Source: Amphiscolops sp. MND2022
Lineage: Eukaryota
Assembly (NCBI GenBank): GCA_964187785.1
Contig: OZ076409.1
Location: 81,406,001 to 81,470,000, forward strand
Length of the DNA: 64,000 nt
Reading direction: 5' to 3'
Shown here: in pieces, positions 25,159 through 39,071 of the stretch
How positions within the stretch are numbered: position 1 is the first letter of the stretch
Layout: every line of letters starts with the position of its first letter
Program-made: the position numbers and the translations under genes
The notes under the pieces: model-generated
The model's database searches: none
What the model was told of the DNA's origin: nothing
What the model saw: the letters and a program-made list of their open reading frames with translations, nothing else

Positions 25159-26459
25159 TTTCCAAAAAACTGATATGTTCCCTTTATACCCTGACTGATA
25201 CTAAACCCAAATTACTACAGAGTATTCAACTGATATAAAATTAGGTTCCGAACATGTATTTCTAGAGAGATTTAGAGTTTTCTTGAAATGACCAAAAAAT
25301 CTCCAACATGACAGCAATCTAATGCCAAAACATCGAAAGTTTGCACCAGAATTATCTTCGAAGTGTCAACAGAAGAAACGGAACATTTTTAACTGTGTTA
25401 ACTTAATCTGAAATTTTCGACCATTTTGATATGTATGAATATTGAAAGCATGCGAAAACACAACTATAGCTTTCAATAAAACTTCACGAAATAGAAAACT
25501 GATATTGCTTTTTATGGCACAAAATGGCTGGTGAAGGTCAAAAGAATTTTGAAAGCGTATCGTTTCACACTATTTTGAGCACTATTTACGTTTTGTCGTT
25601 ATGATTATCAAGGGAGTTGATTATCAAAACGTTTAGCTCCTAAACATAGTGTTTCGCGAAAAACATTTAGTTTTTCCAAAGATGTGCGTTAATTGAACAC
25701 AGATGTTAAAATTTCTACAATTTGTACAATTTTGAGTGTTTGGTGGATTTGACAACCTATAGAGCTCAGAAAAAACCTGATGCTAAACAGTATATTCAGT
25801 ATTTTTTTTTGAAAAAAACGTTGTCCCAAAAAAAGCTCAAAAATTGGGTTTTCTAAAGTGTTTTGCAGTTTTCGTTGATTCACAGGATTCATAGGATGTT
25901 TCTATGTGTAAAGTGGAAAATTTAGGCCTCGTAACATGCTTTTGTGAAAAAAGTTTAGAGCAACTGGACGCAACCAGACCTTTGTGATTTTGAACATGTC
26001 AGATCGAAATCACAAATGCTAGTCGACAACCGCTTGATCACTTGCCTGCGAAGATGATAACGTCGCGTATTGTAGCGAGTTCGTATTAAAAAAAACTTTT
26101 AACCAAGGCAGAACTGATAATTCTGCCTTCAAAACTCAAAAATTGGAAATGGACTTGCATTTTTTTTCAATCGACTTTTTTCTTAAATGCAATTGAAGTG
26201 TGAGACAGCAAAAGTATCTGAATGTTTAAAGCTCCATAGCGTTGAACAAAAAACAGTTCCGGTTAGGTTCCTGTGGAACTGATTTCCTTAATCGAGGATT
26301 CGGTGAAAACTGCTTCTAAAGTATGGATAAAGGAATATAAATTCACCAAAAACGATTTCTCGCGGCAAGTTGGGTAATCTCAAAACCGCAGCTAGCCAGC
26401 GGAAGCTCGCAATTGGCAACTAGTGCGCGATCGGTTGGAGAGTCATCGCAAAATATCGA

Positions 26460-26560
26460 ATATTACCAGTGTGAAAAGGTATATGTGCGAAATACGTGTG
26501 TGTGGTATATATATACCAGTGCGAAATGCGGATTTTACCAGTGTGAAAAGGTACTGAAGT
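26460..26560. repeat. Short ACCAGTGTGAAAAGGTA repeats, probably a solo DNA-transposon end
   Basis: The motif occurs at ~26466 and ~26538, with a variant ACCAGTGCGAAA at ~26515. Confidence 0.4.
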
Positions 26561-27672
26561 CAACATCATAGCAAATGGAAACTCAAAAAAACGTGACCTG
26601 CACAAGCTGTGGAGAAAAGGGGTTAGGAACAAGGATATGGGCATGGAAGACGACTCTTACTTTACTTTATCGGGCACAAACTGCGCTGAAAACCGCGGGT
26701 ACTTTTCTAGCGACGAACAAATGACTCCGTCAATCAAAAACGTTACTGGAAACAGAAAGTTCTGCCAAAGATTGTTTAAAATTGTTGGTATGGTCCACGA
26801 TATCTAAAACTTGCATCAAAACAAACTGAATTTGTTGATCAAGTTATGGTTAAACAAGGCTTTTATTTGTAACTTCCGGAGAAAACTCTAAATCATTCAC
26901 AATCAAAAGTCACAAGTATCTTCAAAACGGAGTCTTTTGGCCCGGTAAAGCTAAGCACATTATGCAAGATCAGTTAGAGACTGGTTCAGCCTGAGAGCAT
27001 CTCTCACATACCGACAGATGAGTCTCCGTCAAACGGTCTCCAAGTACAGTCAATCAAGAAGTTTTCTCAAAATGGAAGGCTACGAAGGTGATTTGTCCGG
27101 AAACAAACAAAGTGAAAAAAACTTCCTTAGGAGTGTGTGCCAAACCTTCTTGGAAGTCTTTATATCGAAGTCCGGAAATCCGCTAAACAAGGCCTTTAAA
27201 CAGTAACATGATGTTGCAAACTGCTTTTTAGACTCTGTTCTCCAATACCTAACACTTCCGTGTTGTTGGTACTACATTGTGCTGGTGTAGAAAACTCAGG
27301 AAAATTCTTTTGTGCCAAAACGTTTAGAAAATTTAGTTGAGGGAACATGATGTATAATATTTTTAATGATGTTATAATATTATGCAATTAACAAAATGTA
27401 TATTATATATAACTTTCAGGGATGGCAGAAAGAGATTCAAGGCGTGTAAAATCGTGACTTTTTCAAGGTCAATAGAATTTTCATGAATCCGTAAAATTCG
27501 TATGTAACCGGCAACCAAATTCGTTGAAAGGGTAGTTTTGATTCATTGACAACTTAGTTCTTGCAAGTTGTCTCCCAGATATTTCCTCGAGGATATCCTT
27601 TTTTTTCTGAGGAGTAAATCTCGTAAAATTGAGAAAAAAATTTCTCGTAAAGCAAAAGAACTGGAGAAGAAA

Positions 27673-27834
27673 TAGGGGCGCGAATAACGTCTAAAGGAAT
27701 AACGTCTAAAAGGTGTTCCGGGAATAACGTCTAAAGGAATAACGTCTAAATTCAATGTATTAAGATTGGGAATGAGCATGACTGAGCATGACTTGGCTTT
27801 AGACGTTAGTCCTTAGACGTTATTCCCGCTCCCC
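27673..27834. mobile_element. MULE-type MITE, 162 bp, with GAATAACGTCTAAA subterminal repeats and 9-bp TSD
   Basis: Perfect flanking GAGAAGAAA at 27664-27672 and 27835-27843. Four GAATAACGTCTAAA units on the left and two inverted units on the right. Confidence 0.85.
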
Positions 27835-27849
27835 GAGAAGAAAAATGTC

Positions 27850-29920
27850 AGAAGCAAGAAGAACTTGAAAGGCGATAAAGCTTTGAACTTTCTCTTCCTC
27901 ATCGATCAAAAGCTCAAAACCATTCCAACAGCTTTATCCACTGAATTGCAAGTCCAGATGGTATGCGAAAAGTCGTTAAATATGTCGATAAAATGGCAAC
28001 CGCAAAAGAATTAAAAAAATGTGAAACTACAAAAGAAACCAAAGAAAAATGAAAACAATTCGTGGAATATCAACGAACCTAAAAAAGCAATGGTCAAACA
28101 AGATTGCCTCTTCCGAAAATGGGTTGAATAACCAGTCTCAAATTCAATTCGAGTACAGAAAGCGACGCAATGTAGTTACACAAACGACACCACTTGCAAA
28201 AAAGGAATTTGATTTTGAAAAACTAGGTCCTAATCTAAATTCTAAGCATGTTTACTGGACTTTGACATCAAAATTTGTCAAGAAATTCAACAGCGTTCTA
28301 ATGTTTTGCCTGATCTTGACCATTTGAAAAACTGTCTTGTGTTTGTTGGTCAAGATCTGCCATCTTTGTTACCTAATACTTAGATCAATGCTAAGATCAT
28401 CGAGAATAAGGACAACACGTTCGTGTATACTACTAATGACTTGCGAACTTTGAAAAAAATGAGAAAAAAGAAAAACCAATGAAAAATTGGTGAAAGTTGT
28501 ACAAGCAATGAGATGCTAAAGTGTTGTTCTCCCATAATAGGACCTCGCTTTGCAACACTGTTCAACACTCGTATTGAATCAGGCAAAGTTCCCAATTGCT
28601 TCAAAAGAGCTAAACTTTCACCACTATGTGAAAACGTCTTTGAAAAATACAGATCAATCAGTGTTTTAGATCATTGAGCAAAGTTTTGAGAAAATGGTTG
28701 CAAAAACGGTTGACGAACTTTTGTCAGTCAAATATCCCTTCTATATGGAGTTTGGGTTTAGATCTAAATTGTCTTGCGTTGATGCCATCCCCAATGTTAT
28801 TGAATACATAAGAGCTGCTTTCGAAAGGTAACTTCCAGGCCTATCTTGTTTCACTGCATTGCGCAAAAAACTTTGATACTCTCAATTATGAAATACTCTG
28901 AGGTAAAACGGAATAGTATTGTTTCAGAGGCCAAGTCTGCAGCCTTATTTCTAAATTGATAGGAGCCAAATCATATATCACAATGGGCGAACAACATCGA
29001 GACGAATATTTAGTATTGGTGGTTCACGAAGATTCGTGTTAGGGTCATTTCTTTTTCATTCATTCATACGTGTCATTGAATAAAGTCGAGTAACCATGTT
29101 TGCTGGTGATACAGGTCTCTTCAAAAAAGGGAAAAAGGCAAATTTTTGTTACAACCAGATGTTGGAAGAGAATGAAACTAGTTCATTGGTTACAAAGTAA
29201 CTATCCCTTCCAAGAATTGTGAAATTATTTCATTTGGCATTGGAGTTCCCGAAGAGCCTGATTTTTTAGAGAACTCATCGTTCTATAAAAAGTCATCCAA
29301 ATACGTAGGAGTACCCTGAGATGGCTCGATGAGATTCCCTGAGCACAAAAAGTGTTTTGTTCAAAAACTCAATAAGTTTTGTGAGAAAGTCTACAAAATA
29401 GGAGAGCAGCAAGTTAGATCCGCGCTATTGGTGTTTCTATAATTCGTTTGCCAAGTCTGTCCTTAGCTTTGCCTTTTTTATGTGGATCTGCTGCTAAAAC
29501 TGAACTGATGAATTCTGGAAACGCGGAACTGTTAGAACCTTTTTTGCAGCCGAAAGTTCGATTGCTCAAGCAACAACTGTTACGAACACAAGATTCAGAT
29601 TTTGTTTGAAACCTATATTTTAGAATTGACCAAAGAGATGTTCAAACAGATGGATTAGGAATCTCTTGTACACTTGACCTACATGCAAAGGTTCCCATTT
29701 ACCAAACTCGTGGTCGCTCAAGAAACAATATTCCCTCGGAATATTATAGGACAGTGGTTAAACGTAAATTTCTTGAAATTGATAACTGGTTGTTGAATTT
29801 GGATTTGATACTGGATAACTTAGTGAAGACCACTAAAACAGAAACCAATTCAATTGTTAACAGTAGTAGTTTGTTGTATGTACGTGACAACAGAGAGATA
29901 TCATCATTGTTGTTTTGAGT
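27850..29920 (+). mobile_element. CR1/L2-group LINE ORF2 remnant (reverse transcriptase), decayed
   Basis: MLKCCSPIIGP..FN..IESGKVPNCFKRAKLSPL..KYRSISVL..LSKV; FRSKLSCVDAI; NFDTLNYEIL (cf. KAFDTVDHxIL); downstream KKLNKFC and FYNSFAKSV...GSAAKT. Many frameshifts. Confidence 0.8.
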
Positions 29921-32281
29921 ATGGACAAAATTCGATATGAGAACGGTCATGCTAAAACCATTGAATGCATGACCACTTTTTTCATTTATCCGTTTATCAG
30001 GTTCTGAAGGGCACGACTTGACGTCCAGTCTCCTCTTTTCCAGTCTTCATTGGATGTTTGCTGGTTACATAGTTTTCTTCATATGGATTTCTGTTTTTTT
30101 TTATTCTGTAGATTCAATAAAATTAACTGTTCTGTTCTGTTCTAATACTCAATTTGAATAATATCTTCAAAATTGTTTGCTTTAAAATGTAAATTTAGAT
30201 TACCAGCAGATTTTGGTGAACATTGAAATTAAAAGTTACCGTGAATTTCAGCGTGAAATCTGGCATTTTCCCCGTGAAATGTGCCGTGAAATTGACTGAA
30301 AGCCTATGAATTTATGTCATCCTGATTACATTCTATTGACGAGCAAAACAACTTAATGCAGTCAAGTTCATTCGAAACATGGGCAATTACACCGTAATCA
30401 GTTATCATTGGAATTGTGTTATGACAAAAAATGCAAATATCACGTATTGATAGCGTTTATAACAAACGTCGGAGATAACTTACTCGTATGTAACGTATCT
30501 GCTGAAACGTACACGGAGTAGAAAATATTCCGGAAAGATGAAAAACTGCAAAAAAACCATTTGGTTTGTCAGTCGAGGATTTCAACAAGCAATGATTTGC
30601 CCATCAACCATGGGTTCGTCATACCGTCATACCTGAAACTGTTGTATTTCACACAAGTTACGAAAGTCGACGCCAACTATTCAAAAGATTCCAGCGTTCC
30701 AGTGTTTCTATCATTTCCTCATTGCAAAAGTTTGATGAAAAGTTAATTTCTGAAAATCGGGATTTTTCCGCCTTGAATTTTTGTCGCCGTAAGCTTATGC
30801 CATAAAAAATGTCAAAGTTGTTTCAGAACTTCATCACATGAATTTGTAAATTTGTAAAAAAAAATCTGTAAAAAATTTGTAAAAAATATGTAAAAAAAAT
30901 TTGCGGAGGGATCAGTTTTCCTCTGAAATAACATTTTCCTCCTCATCTGAAAAAAGCTCAAGACATTCGAAATATAAAAACATCCTACCCTGGTTGCAAA
31001 AATTTGCTTGAAGAAGTGATCTTTCAAGTAAATCTAATACTTTCAAGACTTTCATTTTAAAATGTGATCCTTGCTTGATCTTTGCAAGGAACGCATTTTA
31101 CTCAAGTATCTTGCCAAGTGTTTTTGAGGAATCCAAGGAACATGAATTATCTTGCAAGGTCTTGGGTATACAAATAGTTTCGTTGAGTCTTTTTTAAACG
31201 AAACTATGCAAAAATTGTATACTCTAATATTTCTTTGAACTGAAATAGGTCTTGGTGATTTTCCGTATGGTGAATTGTTACAATCTGAGAAGCTCAAAAA
31301 CTTGTAAAAAAGATTGATGGAGCGTGAAATATCCGCTAGTTGAGTTACTACAATGTACCATGGTTCAGTATTGGTGGTCTTTTTCAATATGTGTTCACGC
31401 AAGTGAGACCAACAGCCCGAGTTTGAACAACTTCTTCACTATTCCAAGCATACAGACTCGACATAGTATCTTAAAATGCATTCAACCTCCGTGGAGCTGA
31501 ACTCACAGAGACAAACTAAATGGATGAACTTTTAATATCTCGGTGTTTAATTTTAGAAAGTTTTTGGATAAGAAGCAGTTTTTAGGAGCAAAGAATTATC
31601 GGTCATTTTTTGTCAAGTACTCCAATATAAAATATCTGTCTTTGCTATCGTTTTTGTCTTCGGAACAATATGAATTTTATGTGAACGTATGAAAAATTCA
31701 ATGAGTATGAAAAGATAGCTTCTTTGATTCCAAACAACGTTAAAATTCTTGAAAACGCTTTTTTAATGCAAAAAAGTATAATAGAAGGTAAATTTTCTGG
31801 CATAAATATCCACCCAGGAAAGTTCAAAATTATATTTGCCGAGCAACATTTTCAAAAGCAATTTACAACAAAAATATTAAACCCTGCTTCTTAGAAACAA
31901 AGTCCTTGATTCTTACACTTCTGCTATTTTTACCTATAGACAAATTCTAATGAACTGACTTATCTTTTTGCTTGGATTACCCAGCGTTTGGTTGCATTAT
32001 TTCCTCCTAGAAAAGTGGCGGTTATCCTTGCAAAGCAGCCAAATTACTTCAAGTTTGCAGCTTCACCCCATTTTGTGCCGATGATTTTTGAAAAATATCG
32101 AGCACTTTTCTGACAGAGGAGACTTTCAAGTGGGCTTTAGTTGCTTTTGTTGCAACAACTTTGACCAACATTTGGGAACCCCGTTTTAGGGCCCGTCTCG
32201 GACCATTACCCTATCTTGGTTCTTTTGACCTAGCTTCAAAGCCCAAAAAAGACATACAGTTACACACACGAGGAAAATAAA

Positions 32282-34109
32282 ATGCAGTCTTTTGGAAATT
32301 CAAACCGGGTGCTGAAAGACGGGGAAGAAAAGGTGCCCCCCGAGAAAGGCGCAAATGCCAGTGGGAAAAACGGGTGCGGGGGTAACAGGAAAAGTAGAAA
32401 CCGTGATTGTGAGGAAAATGAGGATAAATGTGCAGCAAACGAGGGAGAGAATGGCGAAAGTAATTCGTCAACAGATGGATCCAAATTAGCTGGCAATGAT
32501 ATTACTGTCAATAAACTAGTTAAGACTAGTGATGAGAATGTTAGCGGGAAAAATAACAACAGCATCATTAATAACAGTGGTAATAATGACAACAATAACG
32601 ATGTCAGCAGAACTACGAACCCCCCAAACCGGAGTAGAAGTGGTTATGTTGCTGGCAACACACGGGGTGACGATGATGGTATGAGTAGAGGTAGCAACGC
32701 CAGTGATGGCATGGCGGCCATAAGGCCAGACGCTGGATATTGTGCCGGATTAGATTGTGCGGAGCGGGGAGAAGCAGAGCAGGGGACAAGTGAGAGGGAA
32801 AGCTTGGACACAGGAGAGGGCTATTTGAAGCCATTAATGGCCGCTCAAGGGGTACAACCAGAGGGATATGCTTCACCAGGCAGTCCGCAGCGTGCCAATA
32901 ATAACCGCAATAGCAACAACAGTTATGCCAATACCAGCGTACCATCATCAACACATGGTAAACAACCAACGGAGTTATTCAAGTGTGACCGCCACAGTAA
33001 TGAAGGCAGTACATCAGCACAGGCTCAATTCCCAAAACAACAACAAAAGCAAAAACAAGCGAAACAACAGAAAACACAACAGAAAAGACCAGTAACACAG
33101 CAAGAACAACAACAAGAGCAGCAACAACAACAGCAGAATTCAAATCAAGCGCAGCAAGAACGACATACTTTGTTGGCTGGAAAAGTTGGCAATGGGAGCC
33201 AGCCACGTGTGAGCAGCGGTAGTACCTACCAGCCGGATTATCCAGAAGTACTGGAAGTTGCGGGGGCATCGGGCAGTAGACTTGATTTTAATACCGGTTA
33301 TAATAATTTCAATAATGCCGATCTGCGCAATGCCAACAACGCAGCCGCGGAGAGTAGCGATTGTGATGAAATAGATTATAACCCAAACATAATCAATGAC
33401 AGTATCAGTAATAACGTGCCCCTCATAGCCAATTCGTCAATTGAAAAACTCGCAGATGGTCGTCCCTCACTCTATGGAGCTAATAACAACAAACAACCTC
33501 ATCAACAGCAACACACTTATTCACACTTACCTTTAGAACCCCATGCGTCCTCAGATTCCGCATCTGGCTTGAACCAAAACAGAACCGACGAGGTACCTAC
33601 ATCTCTGGACCTCTTCCAAACCCCTGGACCTAACAACTTACCATCCAATTACCACTATCCACTCCCCCCAGCTTACTCCAGCTGTATAATCCAGACCAAC
33701 CCAGACTTTGCCGGCGTATGTACCTCAGGAGTTGATCCGGATCTGAATCGTTGCTTTACAGATCCCATAACCGGAGTAGTATACGACCCGACCTCAGCTA
33801 ATTTGATAGATTTCTCGTCACTTTTCAACCAATCCATTATGCGTAAGTTGAACTTTATAGACGAAAGTGACAACTTCGAGAAGCTTGCCGACTTCTTGGT
33901 GGTTCCCGAGGGAAGCAACTCTTCCAGCATATGCGACAAGTTGTTCCACGAATGGGGACTAGAGACACCCAAACTGATCATCTCGGTCAGCGGCTGGGCG
34001 TGTCAAATGCCAGTCATACCCCCTCGACAGCACAACCGGTTCAAACAGGGCCTCCTTCGTATAGTCCAGTCAACAAACACATGGATTCTTTCTTCTGGAA
34101 TCACTCAAG
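32282..34109 (+). CDS. TRPM: TRPM-family cation channel, coding exon 1 (Q/N-rich extension plus start of SLOG/MHR1)
   Basis: 610-codon ORF with an in-frame upstream stop at 32231. It ends in EWGLETPKLIISVSGWA...FKQGLLRIVQSTNTWILSSGITQG, matching TRPM WxLxxPKLIISVTGGA...FxxGLxKAAxTTxAWIxTGG. Phase-1 end at a putative GC donor, AAG|GCTAGT. Confidence 0.9.
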
Positions 34110-34369
34110 GCTAGTTATTAATCATATTATTAAAATATATTACTATATGTTCGAATAACCTAAACGATAAATACGATTAATGAATTTGTTCATTATCTTG
34201 AAAACTCTGGATATAAAAATTTTCGTTTTTTTTCTGTTACCCCATCCCAATTGAATTTTTCAATGGCTCGATTTATTTCGACTTTTCAAATTCATGTCAT
34301 CAGAATTTGGTGTGACGTCACACCATTACTGGCGTGGTGTTTTTGAAACAAATGACCCATGTTGAGCAC

Positions 34370-34857
34370 TCCCTGCGAATCTGTACAGATCTGTACAGAT
34401 CCTGACAGATATTCCAGGATTTTTCGAAAATTAACTAGTCAAAAAACAGATTTGAAATCGAAATTAGTTGAATAAAAAGTGCTCTACAAGATACACACGC
34501 CTTCTGGAAAGTTCGAGTGAAATAGATAAATTACGGTGCAAAACCTATACCTAACATTCCCCAGACACCAAAATTACCTTGATGGGCACAAGTTTTCCTG
34601 CTCAAGAATTTTGAGTGATGGAAATTTTCAACTGACTGGGCCTTGGTCAGCAAAAGTACTTGTTGAAGAAGCTCAAAAATGCAATCCATCGTTTCCCAGA
34701 AGCTCCGCGAAAAAATTCCTGAACAATCTGTACAGCAAAATCCTTGAACATCCTTAAAGATCCTTGCAGATCTGCAGTTGTCCTTACGTAGCAGTGGCAC
34801 GATCTTTACAGATCTTTAAGGAAAAAAGGCTCACAGATCCGTACAGATTCTCAAGGA
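34370..34857. mobile_element. MITE with TACAGAT/GCAGAT subterminal repeats (related to 24070-24558)
   Basis: Left TCCCTGCGAATCTGTACAGATC; reverse complement of right end TCCTTGAGAATCTGTACGGATC. Confidence 0.7.
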
Positions 34858-35439
34858 AAGCTCAACATGGGGAACTGTTTCCATGCTTAAATAATGATGG
34901 AAAATGTGATAAATGTTAATGAAAAATATAAAAAAAAACAAGGAAAGCATCATTTTGCTATTTTTAAAGCACATTTTTGAAATGCGAGATCTCCTAAGCT
35001 CTGAGATCCATAAAATTATTCTCTATGACCCGATATATTATAATGTCGGTCATTTCAAATCTGCATTATCAATATATTTTTATTTCGCTGTCGCAATGAC
35101 ACGCGATTGCGCATTGTATACACCTGAATAGCTTTCAAGTTTATTGAATAGGTAATTCAAGCGTCTTTTTGTCGGTCAAAGAATTCAACGGCTTAAGCAC
35201 ACTCAATATTATACCTCAAAGTGTAAGCTTATAATTTATTGTTACGGTCGCACCTCCTTTCATTTTTAATGCAAAATTTTCGCTCCCAAAAATGCATACT
35301 TTGCTGATTCGTAGATGATTCCAGTTAAGTTTTACAACAACAGCAATCAATTGTCCTGAAGGAACAAAGTTTCACACAGATGTCTGCTTCAAATAATTGC
35401 CAGCAAAATTTTTTTCAAAGATACATGAAGATACCGAAT

Positions 35440-35862
35440 TCACAAGGCTTTCATGCAAATCAATGCATGGAACCATATGATCAGCTGAATTCAATAATTT
35501 ATGGGGCCCATAGGAGGTCACGTTCTTGTCGTGGGTCCTGTCACGTGACATTCTTTAGATCTCACTAGCAGAGCGCCTCCAAATTCTCAGAATGAGGATT
35601 TTGACTCTAAGTATATGCAAACTCTGTGTTCGATATATTCACGAGATTTTTCCCCTTAATTATATCCCTGTTTCGTTTTCGTGGTAATGCACTTCAAAGT
35701 TTACGTGATCTATGTGTTTTTTGGAAGGGTTTCATCCAGGGCACCTTACGATTCCATACGACTCTAAGCATGGAATCAAATGATTCTATGCGATTCCATG
35801 CATGGAATCCTTTGGCTCCATGCATGAAATTGCATGGAATTCCAGGTTGCTTTCGATCCGGG
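35440..35862. mobile_element. Degenerate MITE with CATGGA/ATGCATG subterminal repeats
   Basis: Clusters of CATGGA(A) at 35440-35480 and 35770-35845; right terminus ...GATCCGGG. Confidence 0.5.
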
Positions 35863-36406
35863 TAGTTTTCATTTTGAAGAAAATCAAGTAAAAACTCAAT
35901 GTATTGATGAGAAGTGACAAAATTTTCTGTTTTTGTCACTTTTACAATTTCTCCGAACCAAAACCTTGCTTTTTCATATTAAAGTTTTTCATATCAGTTA
36001 CATTACAATGATGAGTGATATGAATGATATTACATCAAAATTTCAACTTCTTATGATCCAATCACAAACTAATTTTTGTTAATAACACATGAACCGAGGG
36101 TTTACCAAAAAATATCGTATTTCAACGTTTGAAAAACACGAAAATGAATAAAACACGACTCAGTCAAGATGAATGCTTGATTCACTCAGAGACGAAAAGA
36201 GATTTAAAAAAGTGACGAAATTATTCAGGAAAGTCTCTTCAAATGACATTCGAATACGATTTTGACAGTTTCTTGAAGTGTTGAATCTTTACTGCACGTA
36301 AGTGAAACTACAGAGCTTGAATCAGCCGAGGTCAACGAGCTCAAGTTGAATTCATTTTCTTAGAAGTTTAAAACTGAAAAATGGAAATTTTTTTACTACA
36401 CTTGAT

Positions 36407-36778
36407 TAGAGGTGCACCGGACAGAAAATTTTCCGTCCGGCCGGATAACCGGACAGGACTGATTGAAGCTGGATTCCGGCCGGACCGGACACTATCCTCA
36501 ATTGTAAGCGATGAAGGGCTGTTTTCAGAATTGGGCAATGAGGATTACGAAAAACGAACCAGGCCTTTACCACAGAGCGGTGAAAAACTATTTTCCCTCC
36601 GCCATAATTTAATGAATTTTGATTCACAGACACAAATTCAAGTTTTCGATGCACATACACTTTTTCTAAGTTAGATATTCCGATTAGTTAAGATTATTCT
36701 TTCAAGATAATATCCGGCCGGACATGGTAAAAAGTCCGGCCGGATACCGGACCGGACTTGTTGTCCGGTACACCTCTA
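36407..36778. mobile_element. hAT-type MITE, 372 bp, with CCGGAC subterminal repeats and perfect 8-bp TSD
   Basis: TIR TAGAGGTGCACCGGACA / TGTCCGGTACACCTCTA; TSD CACTTGAT at 36399-36406 and 36779-36786. Confidence 0.9.
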
Positions 36779-37031
36779 CACTTGATGCAAGGTTTCTGAG
36801 AAAGACAATAGCAAAACAGGATATATTACCTTCACGAAAGAAGCGCAGTGTCACGGCGATCATTTTTGAGTATCCTGAGACAGAAAAAAAAGATTTCAGG
36901 AAATGTTGACTTGAGCAACAAAAAAACGCAAGAACAAGAAAGAACCACAAAATGCGACAAGACTACGTCTTTTATAACAGTATATAATAGCAGCACTGCT
37001 GGGCTCGAAGATCCAAAACTTTTGAAAGAAA

Positions 37032-37880
37032 AACAAGACGAGAACGTCTGAAGTCGGCGCAATATCTAAGGCTCAAAAAGCGCAAAGTTTATATAATATG
37101 TCCGAAACATACTCATGAAAAGCTCAGACAACAGTTTCGAGACACCCAAAGGGCGCTTTTCTTGCTCCATAAAACTCGGAAACCATTTTTCTTTTACTTA
37201 ATATTTTTTATGGAATATGTCGCATAGGGCAAAAATGTAAAAGAGGGGACCCTTTGGTATTTATTAGTTTCCGCTCACATAAATGGGGGAGAAAAATCAT
37301 GAGTGAAAGAAAATCATGAGGGAGAAAAATCTGTGTTGCGTTTTTTTCCAAATTCTGACAAATCTCCTCCCAGTATCACCACACTTACTTGACTTGAGTA
37401 ACTTGAGTTAGTTGAGTTACGTGAGTGACTTGAGTTACTTGCCTATTTTGGTTTTTTGACAGGCAGACACGCGGTCGTGGGTTCGAACCCGGACTGATGC
37501 GTTACATTTTTATCGCGAAATGTCCCGGTGCTTAGCGGGCGTCTTGTTAACATACACTCTGTTGCAAATTTTCAAAAAACTCGAAAAGGGGTTCCTTCAG
37601 AGACATTAAAAAACTCGAAAACAAAGTCGCACAGTGCCAAACAAACTGAAAAGGGGACCATTTAATCTCGCCAGGTTTTGTAGATTACGGTGAAAGGTTA
37701 ACAAAATTAAAGGAGGTGCCCTTTTCACTAAGTTTCCGCTGGCCGGACTTGGCTTTAGTAATTCTACTAGTTTCTGTATAAAGTGGACCTTCAGTGTGAG
37801 GATTATGGTCTCAAGATAAAAAAGGGTCACGGTAAGAGTCGGGCATTGTTTGCTGAAGAAAAAGCGCCGACTAAAAAAAA
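37032..37880 (+). mobile_element. Family-A repeat (DINE-1/Helentron-like), interrupted
   Basis: 5' end AACAAGACGAGAACGTCTGAAGTCGGCGCAATATCTAAGGCTCAAAAA; 3' stem-loop AGTCGGGC...GCGCCGACT followed by an A run. Confidence 0.75.
37470..37497 (+). other. Pol III B-box fragment (tRNA/SINE-derived)
   Basis: GTCGTGGGTTCGAACCCGGAC; no complete cloverleaf. Confidence 0.35.
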
Positions 37881-39071
37881 ACATGTTAATTCCCATTGAT
37901 ACGTGGTAAGGATAAAAATCGGACATATGTTAGTTTTCCAGAATTAACGTAGCGATAAAAATCGAAAGGCTGAAACCTGGTAACTCTACTTTACAGTTTT
38001 CTCTCAAGGATTTTTGTTAATACGAAATTTTCTCCAATTTAGTCTTCCATAATATTTGCTGTCTCTGTCTTCAAGTCACAGCTCATAAAAAATCTTTGAA
38101 CTTTTACCTTCACCGTTTTATTATTATATTTGGAAGCAGGAAAAGATGCTTAGCACGGTATGAGTTCAAAAGTTTGCACACACGCTCTATCAGACAATTC
38201 TCGAAAATGGAAGTTCGATGTCTGACTCGACAATCCCATTTTCGAGTTCTTTAAGTTTCAGCTATAATGAAAGTAGGGGCTGATACAGTTTTGAATGCAG
38301 GGAGTATGTTCTGGAATAACCTCCCGAAATAAATTAAGAGTTTGAAGTCTAGAAGGGTACGGATCAGTTGAACACGAACATTGAATTTTGATATCGCACG
38401 ATGAGTCGAATCTCCGTCTGTTGAAGCAACTAACAACGTCGTGTACACTTGGCAAAATCTCTGATAGAGAAAGAAGAAATTTCGAACGAACGAAGAGGCA
38501 GAGCAACAGTCTTGGGAAATCATCTTTTTCAAAAGAAGCATTTGGAGGAGGATTAAAAAACGGAAGAAAAACTTGAGAGAAAGAATCTGCTAACGTTTTT
38601 GAAAATGGGAAGAAAAAAGAAAATGACCACTGACAGTATGGGTAAATTTGTACACTGCCTTTGTGATGATTTAGAATCAAGCGGTGACAAAGCAGCTGTG
38701 ACTGATGATTAGTTGACAGTTAAATGTAACGACCCGAAAGTAGTGAAAAAATTAAGCTCAAATATATTGAAGTATCAATATCAGCAAGGTTTTTTTCGGA
38801 ACTTTCCAATAGACGCTGCAACTATAATCAACTGAATTGTCTTTTTCATAGTATTCTGCCAACTTTGGCAAATTATTTTGGAAAAAGTTATTTGCCTTGG
38901 AAGTAAACAATGCAATGAATATGGTTTTTTACACTAAGTATCGAAACATTTGCTCTTTGTTTTTGGTACAATTCATTTATCCTCAAGCTTCGAGGAACAA
39001 TTTGGAATTTGATGAATCGTATGCTTGAAATTATATAAGGACTTGTGAAGTTCTCACATATGCAAATAATT

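Noticed and set aside
31052-31402. 116-aa minus-strand ORF
   Set aside because: The C-terminal part is translated CAAGA-type MITE subterminal repeats, and no domain was recognised.
32211-33981. Antisense and alternate-frame ORFs over TRPM exon 1
   Set aside because: Shadow ORFs of a GC-richer, low-complexity coding exon; no independent motifs.
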